Counted from the first letter of the stretch, positions 1-12,728 are shown. The stretch is DNA of 64,000 bases from Octopus vulgaris (GCA_951406725.2 OX597814.1:199578001-199642000), one strand, 5' to 3'. Notes: generated from the sequence alone by a model not told the origin. Numbers and translations are program-made.

Positions 1-27
1 TTGACATGTATACACCGTTGGAAGACA

Positions 28-141
28 TGGTGCTGTGGAATTGTTGGAGATAAAATCTCTTCATAGACTTGTTGCTTATATCGTATTTTTTACGCAACAA
101 ATCTGTGAAGAGACTTTATTTCAGACAATTCCACGGCATCA
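28..141. repeat. Imperfect inverted repeat / hairpin (48-bp arms, 18-nt loop)
   Basis: 28-75 tggtgctgtggaattg...gacttgttgc pairs with 94-141 gcaacaaatc...ccacggcatca; weaker pairing extends to about 13-156. Confidence 0.85.
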
Positions 142-906
142 GGCCTGCAAACAGTGATTTTAAGGTTCATTATCCTTACGGTGGTCTTTATAATCGCCTA
201 TATTGCATAATTGATGAGTTTCCTATCCTTGACTTTATTCCTATTGGTTATTCTATTTTATTCTAGTGTAAAGAAATTGAGTTACAGAAGAGAAGTGGAG
301 AAAGAGAATCGAGAATCTCTTTCAAAAATATGGTTATTAGTGTTTATATTGCCAGGTATCATCCTCGTATCTTAGTTAGAATTGAATTATTAACAGTGAC
401 AACCAGAAACACCACTCCATCTTCGTGTCAAATAGAGATTGGTTTCGAGGAACGATCAACACCTGCTTTGGGACATTTCCAAGCAATCGGAGGAAATGCG
501 AAAGGTAAAAAAAAAAAAGTCACCCTCCAAAAAAAAAAAAAAAAGTAAGGTAAACAGGATTGGAAACTAAGGACTCCAAGAAGGAACTATCTCTTCAGAA
601 CAACTATAATGCTCTTCCTTAATGAAGAGGACAATGGCGAGAACGACGAACTGAGATTCGTCGTCTTCTTCCTGTGTTGACGAGAACCCAAAATGTTTCA
701 TGTTTAGTTCCCTTAATTTATATCTTGCTTTATTTCCTGTGTTTGTTCTATACTCTCTATTTATTTATTTTTTTTACAGTTTCTTATTTCAATTGGTCAC
801 CATGTCAACTATATAACATCTTAGTATTATCTTTTACATTCCACACATCTTTGTAAACCATCCGCCACCTAAAAATGCGTGGCTTTTTCTGAAAATTAGA
901 AATAAT

Positions 907-1145
907 AGGCGCAGAGGAGTGGCTGTGTGGTAAAAAGCTTGCTTACCAGCCACATAGTTCCGGGTTCAGTCCCACTGTGTGGCACCTTGGGCAAGTGTCT
1001 CCTACTATAGCCTCGAGCCGACCAAAGCCTTGAGAGTGGATTTGGTAGACAGAAACTGAAAGAAGCCCGTCGTGTATATGTATATATATGTATGTGTCTG
1101 TATGTTTGTGTGTCTTTGTAAGCCTAGTACTTACTCTATCGGTCT

Positions 1146-1195
<50 letters not shown>

Positions 1196-1518
1196 TTTGC
1201 GTGTCTGTGTTTGTCCCCATCATCGCTTGACAACAGATGCTGGTGTGTTTACGTCCCCGTAACTTAGCGGTTCGGCAAAAGAGACCGATAGAATAAGTAC
1301 TAGGCTTACAAAGACACACAAACACACAGACACATACATATATATACATATACACGACGGGCTTCTTTCAGTTTCCGTATACCAAATCCACTCTCAAGGC
1401 TTTGGTCGGCCCGAGGCTATAGTAGGAGACACTTGCCCAAGGTGCCACGCAGTGGAACTGAACCCGGAACCATGTGGTTGGTAAGCAAGCTACTTACCAC
1501 ACAGCCACTCCTGCACCT
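907..1518. mobile_element. Fold-back (palindromic) derivative of CORE-type tRNA SINE family A (octopus OR-like)
   Basis: SINE head on + from 907, head on - ending 1518; arms 907-1151 and 1276-1518 are reverse complements; CORE-like gtggcaccttgggcaagtgtc present. Confidence 0.9.
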
Positions 1519-1684
1519 CTGTGAACTTTCTATAATTATTTATCTCCGACTTTGCAGCAATTTTATATCCAGATAATCATAATAGTAAAAAAAAATGTTT
1601 CTGTCCACATAAGCCCGTCTCTAAATGCAAAAGACTAAGTTGCCTATTTCTGTCCCTTGCAGCATTTTTGTTTTTATATTAATA

Positions 1685-2190
1685 CTAGCAGTATCGCCCG
1701 GCGTTGCTCGGGTTTGTAAGGGAAATAACTATATAAGCATTTTTAGAGAGTTACTTCCCTTATAAATTCGGGCTTTCTTAGCCATTTTTGTTTTGGTGTC
1801 TTCAAGCCATGAAGTCGTTGTTCTAAAAGAACGCTGGTTTCCTTCACAACGCATTACGACGTTGATTTCTTTACACTCCCTTCCCCACAGCTTCACGAGG
1901 GAGGGAAGGGGGAGAAGCAAACAGGTGCAGGTGTTTGAGCGTGGACGCCAACTCCGCCGCCATCGACACACGAAAAATTATGCATTAAAATGGAATAAAA
2001 AATGATGTTAAATTATTTTTAAAATCGTAGACTCATCGTTGACGCGCGCTAATAGTCAGACGGGCTCGATATGAATCACGACTATAAGATACCCGAATTT
2101 GGTTAAACTGCACCGCAAAATGTGGGAGGAGTTAGGAATCTAAATCGAAGGGGACAGACCCTCACACAACTAGAGTTTTATATATATAGA
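1685..2190 (-). mobile_element. Non-autonomous Helitron
   Basis: Minus strand starts A|TCTATATATATAAAA and ends with hairpin CCCGAGCAACGCCGGG then CTAG|T; no TSD; homologous to 38194-38831. Confidence 0.85.
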
Positions 2191-3360
2191 TATGCCGCGA
2201 AAATTGATATTTCTGCTCTAAAACACGCAGGAATAATAAAAGTCCTGGCAGTGTATTTCCTTTATTGTTTTGATGTAAGAAATATCAACCAGAAAGATAT
2301 AACTATTGTAACTTTATATTCATCAATTTTTCCTCCAGAATTATCAGAAAATATGAATTTGTAGTCTTCAGTAGTGTTAAACATATGAATGGCCTTGGAG
2401 CTAGTATATACCTACCATATAGTTGTTAGAAATAGTGCATGCGAGCAGAAAGATGAAAAACAAAATTGATATTAGGCTGTCCCTATTCGTATTTGAGATT
2501 CAGTGGTGATGGTTTTAAATTAAACGTTTTCCATCTACATTTTACACTATATTGTGATTTAGATTTATTCGGATTGAAACGAATTTGGCACAAGAACATT
2601 CTGTGAAAATTTCTCGCCTATGTTCCCCATTCTTGGATCGGATATTTTTTTGTCTTACTTGCTTTATATCATCATGTGTCGGCAATTCCCTCTTCTACGC
2701 ACATCTTATTAATACTGGAGGGCACAAAAAAATCGGTTAAATATTCCTCCTTATGTTTTCTATTAACTCTCCTAACGCACTTATATGCAAATCATACGAC
2801 TTCTGCTTGCTTGAAATCCCTTTTTTCCCCCCCATTTTCATATGATCCACATGCACACAATCTATTTACATCACACCAGCCAAATTCCACATCCATAATC
2901 AGAATTCTTACAAACACCTTCGAAGGGAATGGAAAGTACAGCTGGAACGTTGTTTCTTGAATCCGCATACACAACTATAACATTCAACTGTACGAATTCC
3001 TAGCCAACAGCGAAAAGCTTTTATATCGACTTACATCAATAACATTGCTTAAACTGTTTCTCAGTGGCGAAGTTTCTTTCCTAGGACCCGAAAATATATA
3101 AAATTGAATCCACATGAGAATAATATACTCGTATCAGCCGCGTAAAAAGCACCTAATTTCGAAAAGCTGCAATCACAAGCCATCGCCAGAGTGCTTTGCT
3201 TGTCTCTCTGCTATTACAGTGATTTCAGGACTTCTGAATACCAAAGCCATCGATTCACTCACCTCTCTTAATCTTGTTTCCATATAATATTTTGTATATC
3301 AAACTCTGTATTAAATACCTCAACTGATCGATCCTGGTTTCCAATGATGGTAGCCTTCCG

Positions 3361-3580
3361 AAGGCGGCGAGCTGGCAGAAACGTTAGCACGCCTGGCGAA
3401 ATGCTTAGCGGTATTTCGTCTGCCGTTACGTTGTGAGTTCAAATTCCACCGAGGTCGACTTTGCCTTTCATCCTTTCGGGGTCGATAAATTAAGTACCAG
3501 TTACGCACTGGGGACGATATAATCGACTTAATCCCTTTGTTTGTCCTTGTTTGTACCCTTGTGGGTAGTAAAGAAATAGG
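3361..3580 (+). mobile_element. tRNA-derived SINE family B (Meta/LF-SINE-like central domain)
   Basis: A-box-like tggcagaaacgttag, B-box gagttcaaatt, gtcgactttgcctttcatcctttcggggtcgataaa domain; flanking TSD ggtagccttcYgaag (3349-3363 / 3579-3593). Confidence 0.85.
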
Positions 3581-4471
3581 TAGCCTTCTGAAGCTTCTTT
3601 TTAGCTAACGTAAAAACACTAAACACTAACCACATCACACTGACTAAAGTGTGAAGACTTGTAAAAGCTGTAGGCACTGCTCTGTGTTTTCGTACAATTT
3701 TAAAATACTCAGGCGCAGCACAGAAAAAATACAAAATTTTTTTCTGAAATTCTTATCAGTTTTCACTTCCATAAGATCCATTTTCAGGAATTTATTACTT
3801 CTGCATAATTATTTTACGTCACTACAAGACAATACATTTAAAGCGAAGATACTATTACAGACTAATAAAGTAACAGACATGCGTATTGCAGTTAAAAACA
3901 ACTACGCTTCGTAAATTTTCAACCTGAAATTTCTTTCAAGTTAGAAATATTCTTTTAAAAACAACCGAATTCTTTTTTTGTTTTGTTTGAAATGTTATTT
4001 TAGTGAAAATTAAATTATCCCACTTAATATCACAATATAACTGTAGTCTATATATCTATGTGATCTCACAATTAGAATTTCAACTTTGCTTAGAAACTAT
4101 ATAAGTCAGACAAATTGACTCTATGCAGAGATGTCATAATTAACTTACCACGTCTTCTCTTGTACGTTGATTTGTTTACTTTTTTTCCCTTCACATTTAT
4201 ATAATGCTAAGATTCGATGCTTGGCTGTAACAAAGAAAACGTTTTTAAGTATCCATATTCTTTCAATAGGAAATATATATAAAATATCTTCGTTTAGAAA
4301 TGGTTGTTTATTGAGGTGGTTGAAATATTCCATTTGCAATATTTTCTTATTCCGGTGCAAAAGAATGAAAGGGAAAATCTGAATTTTACTCCAGTTTGGT
4401 CTGTCTGCAGTTTTAAAAAACTAGGAAAGGGAATATTTTATTGCTAAAAATGTAACAATTTTAATAATAAT

Positions 4472-4863
4472 GTATCAATACCAGCAGATGATAACGTGTC
4501 TCTAAAGGAAATGGAGAAACTTTCAAAATACAAAGACCTGGAAATAGAGGTAACTAGAATGTGTAATCTAAAAACAGAAACAATTCCTATCATAGTAGGC
4601 GCATTAGGCATGAAAAAAATATTCTGACATATACATAACAAAAACACCAGGACTTACAAACACATATAACATACAGAAAATTGCACTACTAGGCACTGCA
4701 CACATCCTACGCAGAACACTTTCAATACAGTAACCATCAGAGCATCACAACAAATCACAGCACATACCCAAGGCACACAGAGCTGCACTCGGTAGTGAAG
4801 TGAAAGCACGCTATAAAAATAAAACTACTGAATAATAATAATAATAATGATAATAATAATAAT
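4472..4863 (+). mobile_element. 5'-truncated R4/Dong-like non-LTR retrotransposon (RLE endonuclease C-terminus, 3' UTR, (TAA)n tail)
   Basis: Translates VSIPADDNVSLKEMEKLSKYKDLEIEVTRMCNLKTETIPIIVGALGM then, after a frameshift, IQKIALLGTAHILRRTLSIQ* (stop 4731-4733); TAA repeats on both sides. Confidence 0.85.
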
Positions 4864-5283
4864 GAAATTATTGTATACAGTGCTCAGGTGCACCACAACT
4901 TGTCAAAAGTGCGTATAAAGTATATGCAGTAATATACAAATGTCTGGAAAGCGAACAATGTATGAGTCAGATACGTGCTTGTGTGGGTATGGAGGGGAGA
5001 AAATCAGGTGTAGTGTTGGCGAATTTTAGGGTAGCTGATGACGGGAATGCACACACCTTATGCTCGGTTGTGAATTTCTTACATGTTACTCTCATTATTC
5101 TGGGTTGTTCTTCATTCTTACAAAGTGGAGAGTGTCTGTGGCTTCTTAGTCTGTGGAGATCGCTTACTTTGGTATTCTTTGAGTTTCTTCATACGTAATC
5201 TAATTAAGCTTGGTCAATGCTTAGATATTGGTGTCTAGTTTTGGGAGGTTGTGCGGCATATATATAAAAGAAATAAGCGTCAT

Positions 5284-5509
5284 TACTCTTTTACTCTTTT
5301 ACTTGTTTGTCATTTGACTGCGGCTATGCTGGAGCACCGCCTTTAGTCGAGCAAATCGACCCCGGGACTTATTCTTTGTAAGCCTATCGCTTATTCTATC
5401 GGTCTCTTTTGCCGAACCGCTAAGTGACGGGGACGTAAACACACCAGCATCGGTTGTCAAGCAATGCTAGTGGGACAAACACAGACACACAAACATATAC
5501 ACACACACA

Positions 5510-5551
<42 letters not shown>

Positions 5552-5716
5552 TACGACAGGCTTTTTTCAGTTTCCGTCTACCAAATCCACTCACAAGGCA
5601 TTGGTCGGCCCGGGGCTATAGCAGAAGACACTTGCCCAAGATGCCATGCAGTGGGACTGAACCCGGAACCATGTGGTTGGTTAGCAAGCTACTTACCACA
5701 CAGCCACTCCTGCGCC
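5284..5716 (-). mobile_element. Full-length SINE family A
   Basis: tRNA-like head, CORE, internal TA/CA tract, 3' stem-loop and (TAAAAGAG)n tail. Confidence 0.92.
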
Positions 5717-6645
5717 TATTGTTTATGTTCCTTATTTCAATATGTTGGAAGTTGCTTTTTATCGGTTTGGTGGAGCATGTTATATCTATGTCCTTCGCAG
5801 ACACTCCGAAGTCTGTGAAATTAATAACGTTATCGTTCCGCTTAAATTGTAGCAATCGACATTTAGCGAGGAAAATGGGAATTTCTGAGAATTGACGTTC
5901 GGACGAATAAGGGATATATGTAATGGTTAATGTTTGTGGTGGAAATGAAACAATGTGGCGAGAAGAGATGAGAAAAATTGGAAATCATTGAAATAGAAAT
6001 GACTTGAGGCCAACCAGTTCCATGGATCTCAAAGAAAAAGCAGAAAAGGAGACAGCAGGTTTGTAGGCCAGAGGCTGATGTGCATTTGTGAGAGACATGC
6101 CAATCAGATGTGTATAGTCTTAGTAGGTGTAGTCAAGAATGTGTTTGTGTGCAGCACAATGTGGTAGCAACAGTCTGTTGTGGAGTTTTGTAGAGGGTTG
6201 GTAGTTACTGGGAAGTATTTCCTAGCACTCAGGTGAAAGGCTGGCTAGGCTTTGCAGTTTTTCTATGTTGTATATTCACTAGGTAAGATACTCTATGAGT
6301 ATTGTATATACACTAGGTGAGCTTTAGCATCCGAAATGATCATGAAATTTTTATTTTAGAGCAACTCGTGTTAATGGGTTTAATGTCATGAATAGAGACT
6401 CAAGCAAGAACAGAGGCTCAAACTGGCCAGTAGTAACATGACGGAACAAAGTTAAGCCAAAATATGTTAATATAATTTATTAATAATCCTCAGCAAACAA
6501 ACAAAGGTTATTAAAGGAACACACCTTAATTAAAATTACAGAGACATGGAGGTGAGTAGTGATGGTATAAACGAGTATTTTGTAAACTGATTGCGGAGGG
6601 GGGGCGCCAAGCAGTGGTAAGTGAAATTGCAATGTTATTATCAGT

Positions 6646-6983
6646 TCGAATATGCTTGGTGCACGTTCGAACTGGGCAACAAGCTACTCACTGCGTTTTG
6701 ACATGGAGAATATATTTTGCTTGTTGACAAATAGTGTGTATACATCTAGATCGGCTCACAGCGCCATCTACCCAGACTGTGAGATGTATTTCAGAGTAGT
6801 TGTCTCCGTGACTGATGAAGAGATAACTACTCCGAAATGCTGGCATCTCACAGTCTAGGTAGGTGAAACTGCGAGCTGAGCTAGGTGTATACACACCATT
6901 TGTCTACCAGCGAGACATATTCTCTGTGACAAAACGCAGTGAGTAGCTTGTTGACTAGTTCGAACGTGCATCAAACATTTCGA
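6646..6983. repeat. Long imperfect inverted repeat (~160-bp arms, 13-nt loop)
   Basis: 6646-6806 vs reverse complement of 6820-6983, colinear with scattered substitutions and small indels. Confidence 0.9.
6808..6851 (+). ncRNA. Minimal type I hammerhead ribozyme motif (PLE/retrozyme type)
   Basis: GUGA-CUGAUGA-AGAG(AUAACUA)CUCC-GAAA-UGCUGGCA-UC-UCAC; helix I 4 bp, self-complementary helix III, AUC site; A.C mismatch at base of helix II. Confidence 0.65.
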
Positions 6984-7727
6984 TTTGTGTACAGAATGTA
7001 GTATTGTTTAAACAGTACAGTGATGTCAGCCCTGCGGTAATTACACAGTTCTTAGTTTGGTTATAGATTCCAACTGTCTCTGCGAAAGTCGTTCACACAG
7101 AACCATTTTCTTTGAGAACTCTAAGAAAAGAATAATCGCAAATTTAAAGCAAAATATTAGATTATAGCATGGCCGTACGTTAGAAGCCGGTATCGCAACC
7201 ACCTGGTTTCAGATGAAGTCTCAGTATGTGGTTCCCTGGCTAAGTGTTTGCTGATAAAGTCTCGGAATTGAAATTTGGTCGACGGATTGGGTTACAAACC
7301 ACGAATTCAGTATCCGGAACTAATGAAACATAACGACACAGAAACACGTGTCCAACGGTCCTATAGCGTCACATACAATCACTATAAGGAGATTTCCTAT
7401 ACTGAGACAGTATTCACAGCAACGGTCATTCCACATTTAAGAGTACACGAACACCTATGTTGTTCAGTTACTGCTGATTAATGTGCCCTTATAAACCTAT
7501 ACAGGGTATGTGCGTGTGTATTGCGCCTATATCCGTGGTTACGTTTATATTTCGTAACCTAATGGTTCGACAAATATAGATAAAATAAGCACTAGAAATA
7601 AAAGTACGAGCGTCGATATGATGACTAAACAAATTTAGAAGACGGTGCTTCTGTATCACCGCAGCCCACTGACTGAAACTTGTAAAAGGGTAACTATATA
7701 ATTGCATGCTTCAACTCATTTTAACAT

Positions 7728-7853
7728 TCTTCTTCTTCTTAATCCTTTTTGCCCCTAGTGGAGCATAGGGCCTCAACAGTTGTTTTCCACTTTTTGCGGT
7801 CCTTGGCGCATTTCTTGGCTGCTTCCCATGTCAGGCCGGTGGTCCTCACCTCT
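7728..7853 (-). mobile_element. RTE-clade LINE extreme 3' end
   Basis: EVRTTGLTWEAAKKCAKDRKKWKTTVEALCSTRGKKD* followed by (GAA)n tail. Confidence 0.8.
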
Positions 7854-8950
7854 ATAGGAGAGTAGAAACACAGGCAGGAACATTGGTATGAAAGGTGAAA
7901 TAAATAGGTTTTCTTTCTGAGCTTTCCAAAGGCATATCTGAGGAGATAAAAATATTTTCGTCCTGTGTGCACCTTTTAATATAACAACTTATTAGCTTTC
8001 TAAAAGTTTCCACATGTATCCCACACTCACACATTCTCCATAAACTACGAAACGTCAATCAGAGCCAGGTACACTTGATTCGTTGTCAGTTCCCACTTTC
8101 TTGAAACTTTCTGCATGCACAATTTGATTTTAAACTATTTCCATTCTCCTCTTTTTCATCAATACCTAATAGCTTCAGGCGTCCAAATTTCCTATTTTGT
8201 ATTTATTATAATCACCTTTCAATATATATAACATTTTGATAGCTACAATAAGAACATAAGCTTCAACCACTGACCCGGTGAGAAGAACTTCTCAAAGACA
8301 CAATTGCTCGCTGAGACGTCATTAACGTTTACTCTTTAAAATCGATATCGAGTTCATAAATGCCATTCACAGAAGAAATTGACTTTTGAAAGTCATTAAA
8401 ATTAGTTTTGTTCAAATAAGCATGGACTTGTTTTCTATATCCTTGTTTATGTTGTCCATCTTCAGTTGTGGATCCTTTGATGGCAAACAGTGTAACTCGA
8501 TTTCAGGACGGACATGTGAATATTAATTAGAGACTAGATACTAATTAATTGGCATGCATGCCTCCTTTTTGTTCACTTCTCTTCGCTAAGTGCGTTTCTA
8601 CTTATCTTCATTTACACTTCATCACTGACAACGTCGATAGGGATGCCTCTCAATCTTAAAAATGCTGATGTTACATCTCTACAACTTGGCCGGAACGTTT
8701 GTTGGTCTTTGAAGCACAATTCCTTTTAGTCATCTAGCAGTAAAGGATCCTACGGCAAAACGCAAGTAACAGACCCACTGTACGTTAATCCATATCAGTT
8801 GATGTTTGTATGTGCCCCATGTTTCTCACCTCTACAGGAGAGTGGAAACACAGGCGGGAACCTTGGTGTGAAAGCTGAAATAAATAGGTTTTCCTTCTGA
8901 GCTGTCCAAAGGCATGTCTGAGGCGGTGAAAAATATTTTCGTCTTGTGTG
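7846..8950 (-). mobile_element. Degenerate RTE-like RT relic with duplicated ~125-bp segment (7846-7968 and 8825-8950)
   Basis: Frameshifted AFGKLR...TKVPACVSTLLY..ETW motif on - strand; the two blocks are diverged direct repeats. Confidence 0.55.
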
Positions 8951-9003
8951 TATGTGTGTGTATGTGTGTGTGTGTGTGTATGTGTGCATGTATGTCTTAT
9001 GTA

Positions 9004-9162
9004 AGGCTTCTTTCAGTTTCCGTCTAGCAAATGCATTCGCAAGGCTTTGGTCGGCCTGAGGTTATAGAAGAAGATACTTGCCCAAGGTACCACGCAAGAG
9101 ACTGAACCCAGAACACTGTGGTTGGAAAGCAATCTTCTTACTACTCATCCACGCCTGCGTCT
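9004..9162 (-). mobile_element. Diverged SINE family A, 5' half
   Basis: Recognisable head and CORE with many substitutions. Confidence 0.8.
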
Positions 9163-9792
9163 ATAAACACACACACACACACACACACACACACTTTTTT
9201 GAAGATATTTTTTGAAGTATATTTTTTTAAATCTCATTTACCTGATTTTTCATTTTCAAAAAAAAAAAAAAAATCTAAATTAAGATAAAAATTAAAATGT
9301 GTGAGTCCAACGGTTTCAATGAGACAGAATAATAAATTTTACTCATTAGCATAATAGCATTTAATGATAGTTTACTAATTGAGAAGCTATCGCTCAGGAA
9401 ATTAATCTTCAAATCAATAAAACTTGACACGACACATTTTGTCATTATATCCTCATCGTACAGTTTCTTCTTACTTGTGAAAAGAAATGTTTAAAAAAGA
9501 GAAATATAAATCAAATGATTTATGTGACTAAAAGATTGGACGAAGGCGTAAACAAAGATATTTGTCGCTGTATAATGTATAATATACTATGAAATATCGA
9601 GAGCGACGTCTTGACAGAAAGACACAAAGGAGTTTGAATGTTACAAAGGAAGGTTATGCGGTGGGGTGGACGGGGTTTTATGAAAGGCAAACCGAATAGG
9701 ATGATGCAGCGTAGGAATCTCTTTAAGTCTCTGGAAGACACACAGACAGAGAGAGAGATTTCAGTAGAGAAAATGTTTGCTGTGTAGAAATA

Positions 9793-10679
9793 CGTAGTCT
9801 GATCAATAAGTATCCGGACTGTTGCCATAGTAACGAAGCTAAAGCACACAGTGAAGCTGCTTGGCACAGATTGACTATGAACTCTGCCGTGCATGCGCAC
9901 TAAGATTTAATGTTCTTTCTCACTTCTGCTGTTTACAGCAGTGCTTGCAAGGAACGTGTGTAGCGTGTTATCGTCGCATTGAAAATGACAGAGAAAGTTG
10001 ACCAGAGAATTTGTATCAAGTTTTGCCAAAAGCTTAGCGATACCAGCTCAGAGGCCAAATCAAAGTGTTCGAAAAGTTTTCATCGTTCTCGATACAACCA
10101 AGAACTTGTGTAACCGAAACTCGAATGTAATTTTGGTCATGTGAAAGCAGTTTTAGCACAAACTTGGCAGACACGCGTCTCATACCCAAATCTTCAGTGA
10201 TAATGGACTGAACTGAACTGAACTGTAACTAATCTGCATATTCTCTGTTAACTCGCGGATGGTGATTCTACGATTTCCCCTCACAGCTACATGCACATCT
10301 GCTATGTTTTTCTCAGTTCTGCTGGTTGCGGGCCTCCCAGAACGCTCGTCAATATCGACATTTTTTCGGTCATCATGGAAACGGCTGAACCACTCGCACA
10401 CTTGTGTGTGGCTCATACATTTCTCTCCATTCACTTTCTGCAACTTTGAGTTGGCCTCTGAGCGTGTATCGCCATGGCATCCCTTTTCTATCATGGTCAA
10501 TGCGACAATCACACGCTACACCCCTTCCTTCCAAGCACTGTTTTAAACAGCGGAAGTGAGCTAGAAGGTTAAAACCTAGTGCGCAGTGTTCAATGTGAAT
10601 CTTTACTGAGCGCCTTTACACTGCGTGTTTTAGCTTCGTTACTACGGCAACAGTCCGGATACTTATTGATCAGACCTCG
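9793..10679. mobile_element. Mariner-derived element made of two inverted 5' ends
   Basis: TA|CG..GTCTGATCAATAAGTATCCGGACTGTTGCC at both ends; + arm encodes MTEKVDQRICIKFCQKL; - arm encodes HTH region QVCEWFSRF...DERSGRP...RRITIREL...RVSAKFV. Confidence 0.88.
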
Positions 10680-10751
10680 TATACTTCTTTTTCAGAGAGA
10701 AAGAATACTGAGATCATTTGCATCGTTGTCCAAAAGTTCTAGAGTTTTAAA

Positions 10752-11005
10752 GCCGTGTGGTAAGAAGCTTGCTTACCAACCACATAGTTCCGGGTTCAGT
10801 CCCACTGCATGGCACTTTGGACGAGTGTCTTCTGCTATATCCTCGGGCCGACCAAAGCCTTGTGAGTGGATTTGGTAGACGGAAACTGAAAGAATCCCGT
10901 CGTATATAGGTGTATATATATATATGTTTGTGTGTCTGTGTTTGTCCTTCCAACATCAATTGACAACCGGTGTTGGTGTGTTTACGTCCCCCGTAACTTA
11001 GTGGT
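10752..11005 (+). mobile_element. 3'-truncated SINE family A
   Basis: Head, CORE and middle region; ends where a Helitron-like fragment begins. Confidence 0.88.
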
Positions 11006-11011
11006 GTTACA

Positions 11012-11255
11012 GCAGTCAAAAAATCGAAAAAAATAGGGATTTTCAGAGAAAAAAAAGCATCTTTTTGATGTAAATAATTTTTGGTGTTAACATGGTCCGA
11101 TTTGAATTTTTTCTCTTACGAAAGGAAGAGCAAGCCTTCTTCTATCATACTCTCAATTTTTGTCAACTTGTGCCGCAGGGTCTCGGAGGAGATAGTGTTA
11201 GTTGAAGGCTACCAAACCTGCCATACACAGACAACTTCAGCTTTATATATAGAGA
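11012..11255 (-). mobile_element. Helitron-like 5' fragment
   Basis: Minus strand begins TCTATATATAAAGCTGAAGTTGTCTGTG, like the other Helitron 5' ends here; no CTAG terminus found. Confidence 0.55.
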
Positions 11256-11347
11256 GAGATTTCATAAAGATGTTAATTAATTTTTCATTTTATTTTCTTT
11301 TACGAAATTGACTGTTAGCGAATCATCAAATGCACTCTTTACTTATA

Positions 11348-11641
11348 TCACGTGATCAACCAGACTATCGGATATTGCTGTCCATCGCTGGTCACAATGC
11401 GCTTTGCATCGTTTTAGCTTTCGAATGAGGCTAACCCACTGACTAATGTGTGCAGGCCAACAGCCCTGCTAATAGGAAGGCTAGTCCGTCGCAGGGTGAC
11501 GCATTGACCGCTGAGTGGACAGAAGCAACGTGAAATGAAGTGTTTTGCTCAAGAACACAAAGCGCAGCCGGTCTAGGGATCGAAACCACGACCTCACGAT
11601 TGTGAGTGCAACACGCCTAACCACTAGGCTACCGCCTTCAC
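11348..11641 (-). mobile_element. tRNA-derived SINE family C
   Basis: Minus strand: TAGCCTAGTGG A box, GGTTTCGATCCC B box, CORE-like gtgttcttgagcaaaacacttcatttc; 3' part matches 42190-42311. Confidence 0.8.
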
Positions 11642-12654
11642 GAATATAGAATTATGAAAACAAATTTTACACCCTGCTATATAAAACGCTGTAAAACATT
11701 TATCACTGCGCATGCCAAACTGAATAAAATAATAGAAACCCTGTGTTGTATGGTAGACACAAATGAATCAATGTTCTGATTATTTTCCAATTACCCAGCA
11801 AGAGATCTCTTTCAACAGGCACGCGTAGCATTCAGTGTTGGCTCATACAATCGGAAATCCTTCAGTTCTCTTAACAACGAGGACAAAGTTATCCAATTAT
11901 CTTTATCTTCTCTTTCAATTTTGTTTAGTATTGCCCTTTTGGTGGGAACATTTTAAAAGAATACCTTTCGTTATTTTTGTCATTAATATCATTAAATTTT
12001 ACATGGAAACTAAACGCCACTCTTGGCGTTAGGATTGATGTTACAAGTTTAATTCTGAAATAATCCTTTCCAGATTGCGTAACGAAAAGATAAAATAAAT
12101 GTATCTGTTTATCAAATAAAATTTAATTACAAAATTATAGCAGTACATAAAAATCATGGAATAGAAAAGGATTAAAGAATCGCTTGTAAAATTGCATCCA
12201 TGAATCAGAAATGAACTGTTAACTTTACTATTGTTTATTCAAGGAAAATGAAAACCTTTGTATTTTATGAATAGTTGAAATATATATGTATTAGCCGCGA
12301 AAATCCTAACTTTCATGATAAACTACATTTCACCCAAAGGTTTAGAAGAAATTCCAATAAAAATGTTATGAGAAAAAATTTTCATAAAATACATTAAATA
12401 TATATTTATATTTCAACATCTTTTCGCGTTTGTGCGAGAGATGAGTAGAAATATATCTATGTGTGGGTAGGTGAGTATGTATGGATAGGTGTGTGCGTGA
12501 ATAGATGCATGTATAGGTATGTGTGTATAGACAGGGGTGTGCGTAGCTGTATACCTATGTACAGATAGATGGACATATGTGTATACGTACGAATTTAAAA
12601 CTAGGTGTATGTATTTTCATACATGAGTATTTATGTGTGTATATGTACGAGTAT

Positions 12655-12705
<51 letters not shown>

Positions 12706-12728
12706 CTATACATGTAAGAATGCGTATG

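Noticed and set aside
5464-5895. Recurrent ORFs such as FSFRLPNPLTR..HLPK / DGLLSVSVYQIHSQG as a gene family
   Set aside because: Incidental reading frames of SINE family A.
7846-8950. 125-bp direct repeat as a duplicated exon or LTR pair
   Set aside because: Carries decayed RTE RT motifs; no TG..CA ends or primer-binding site.
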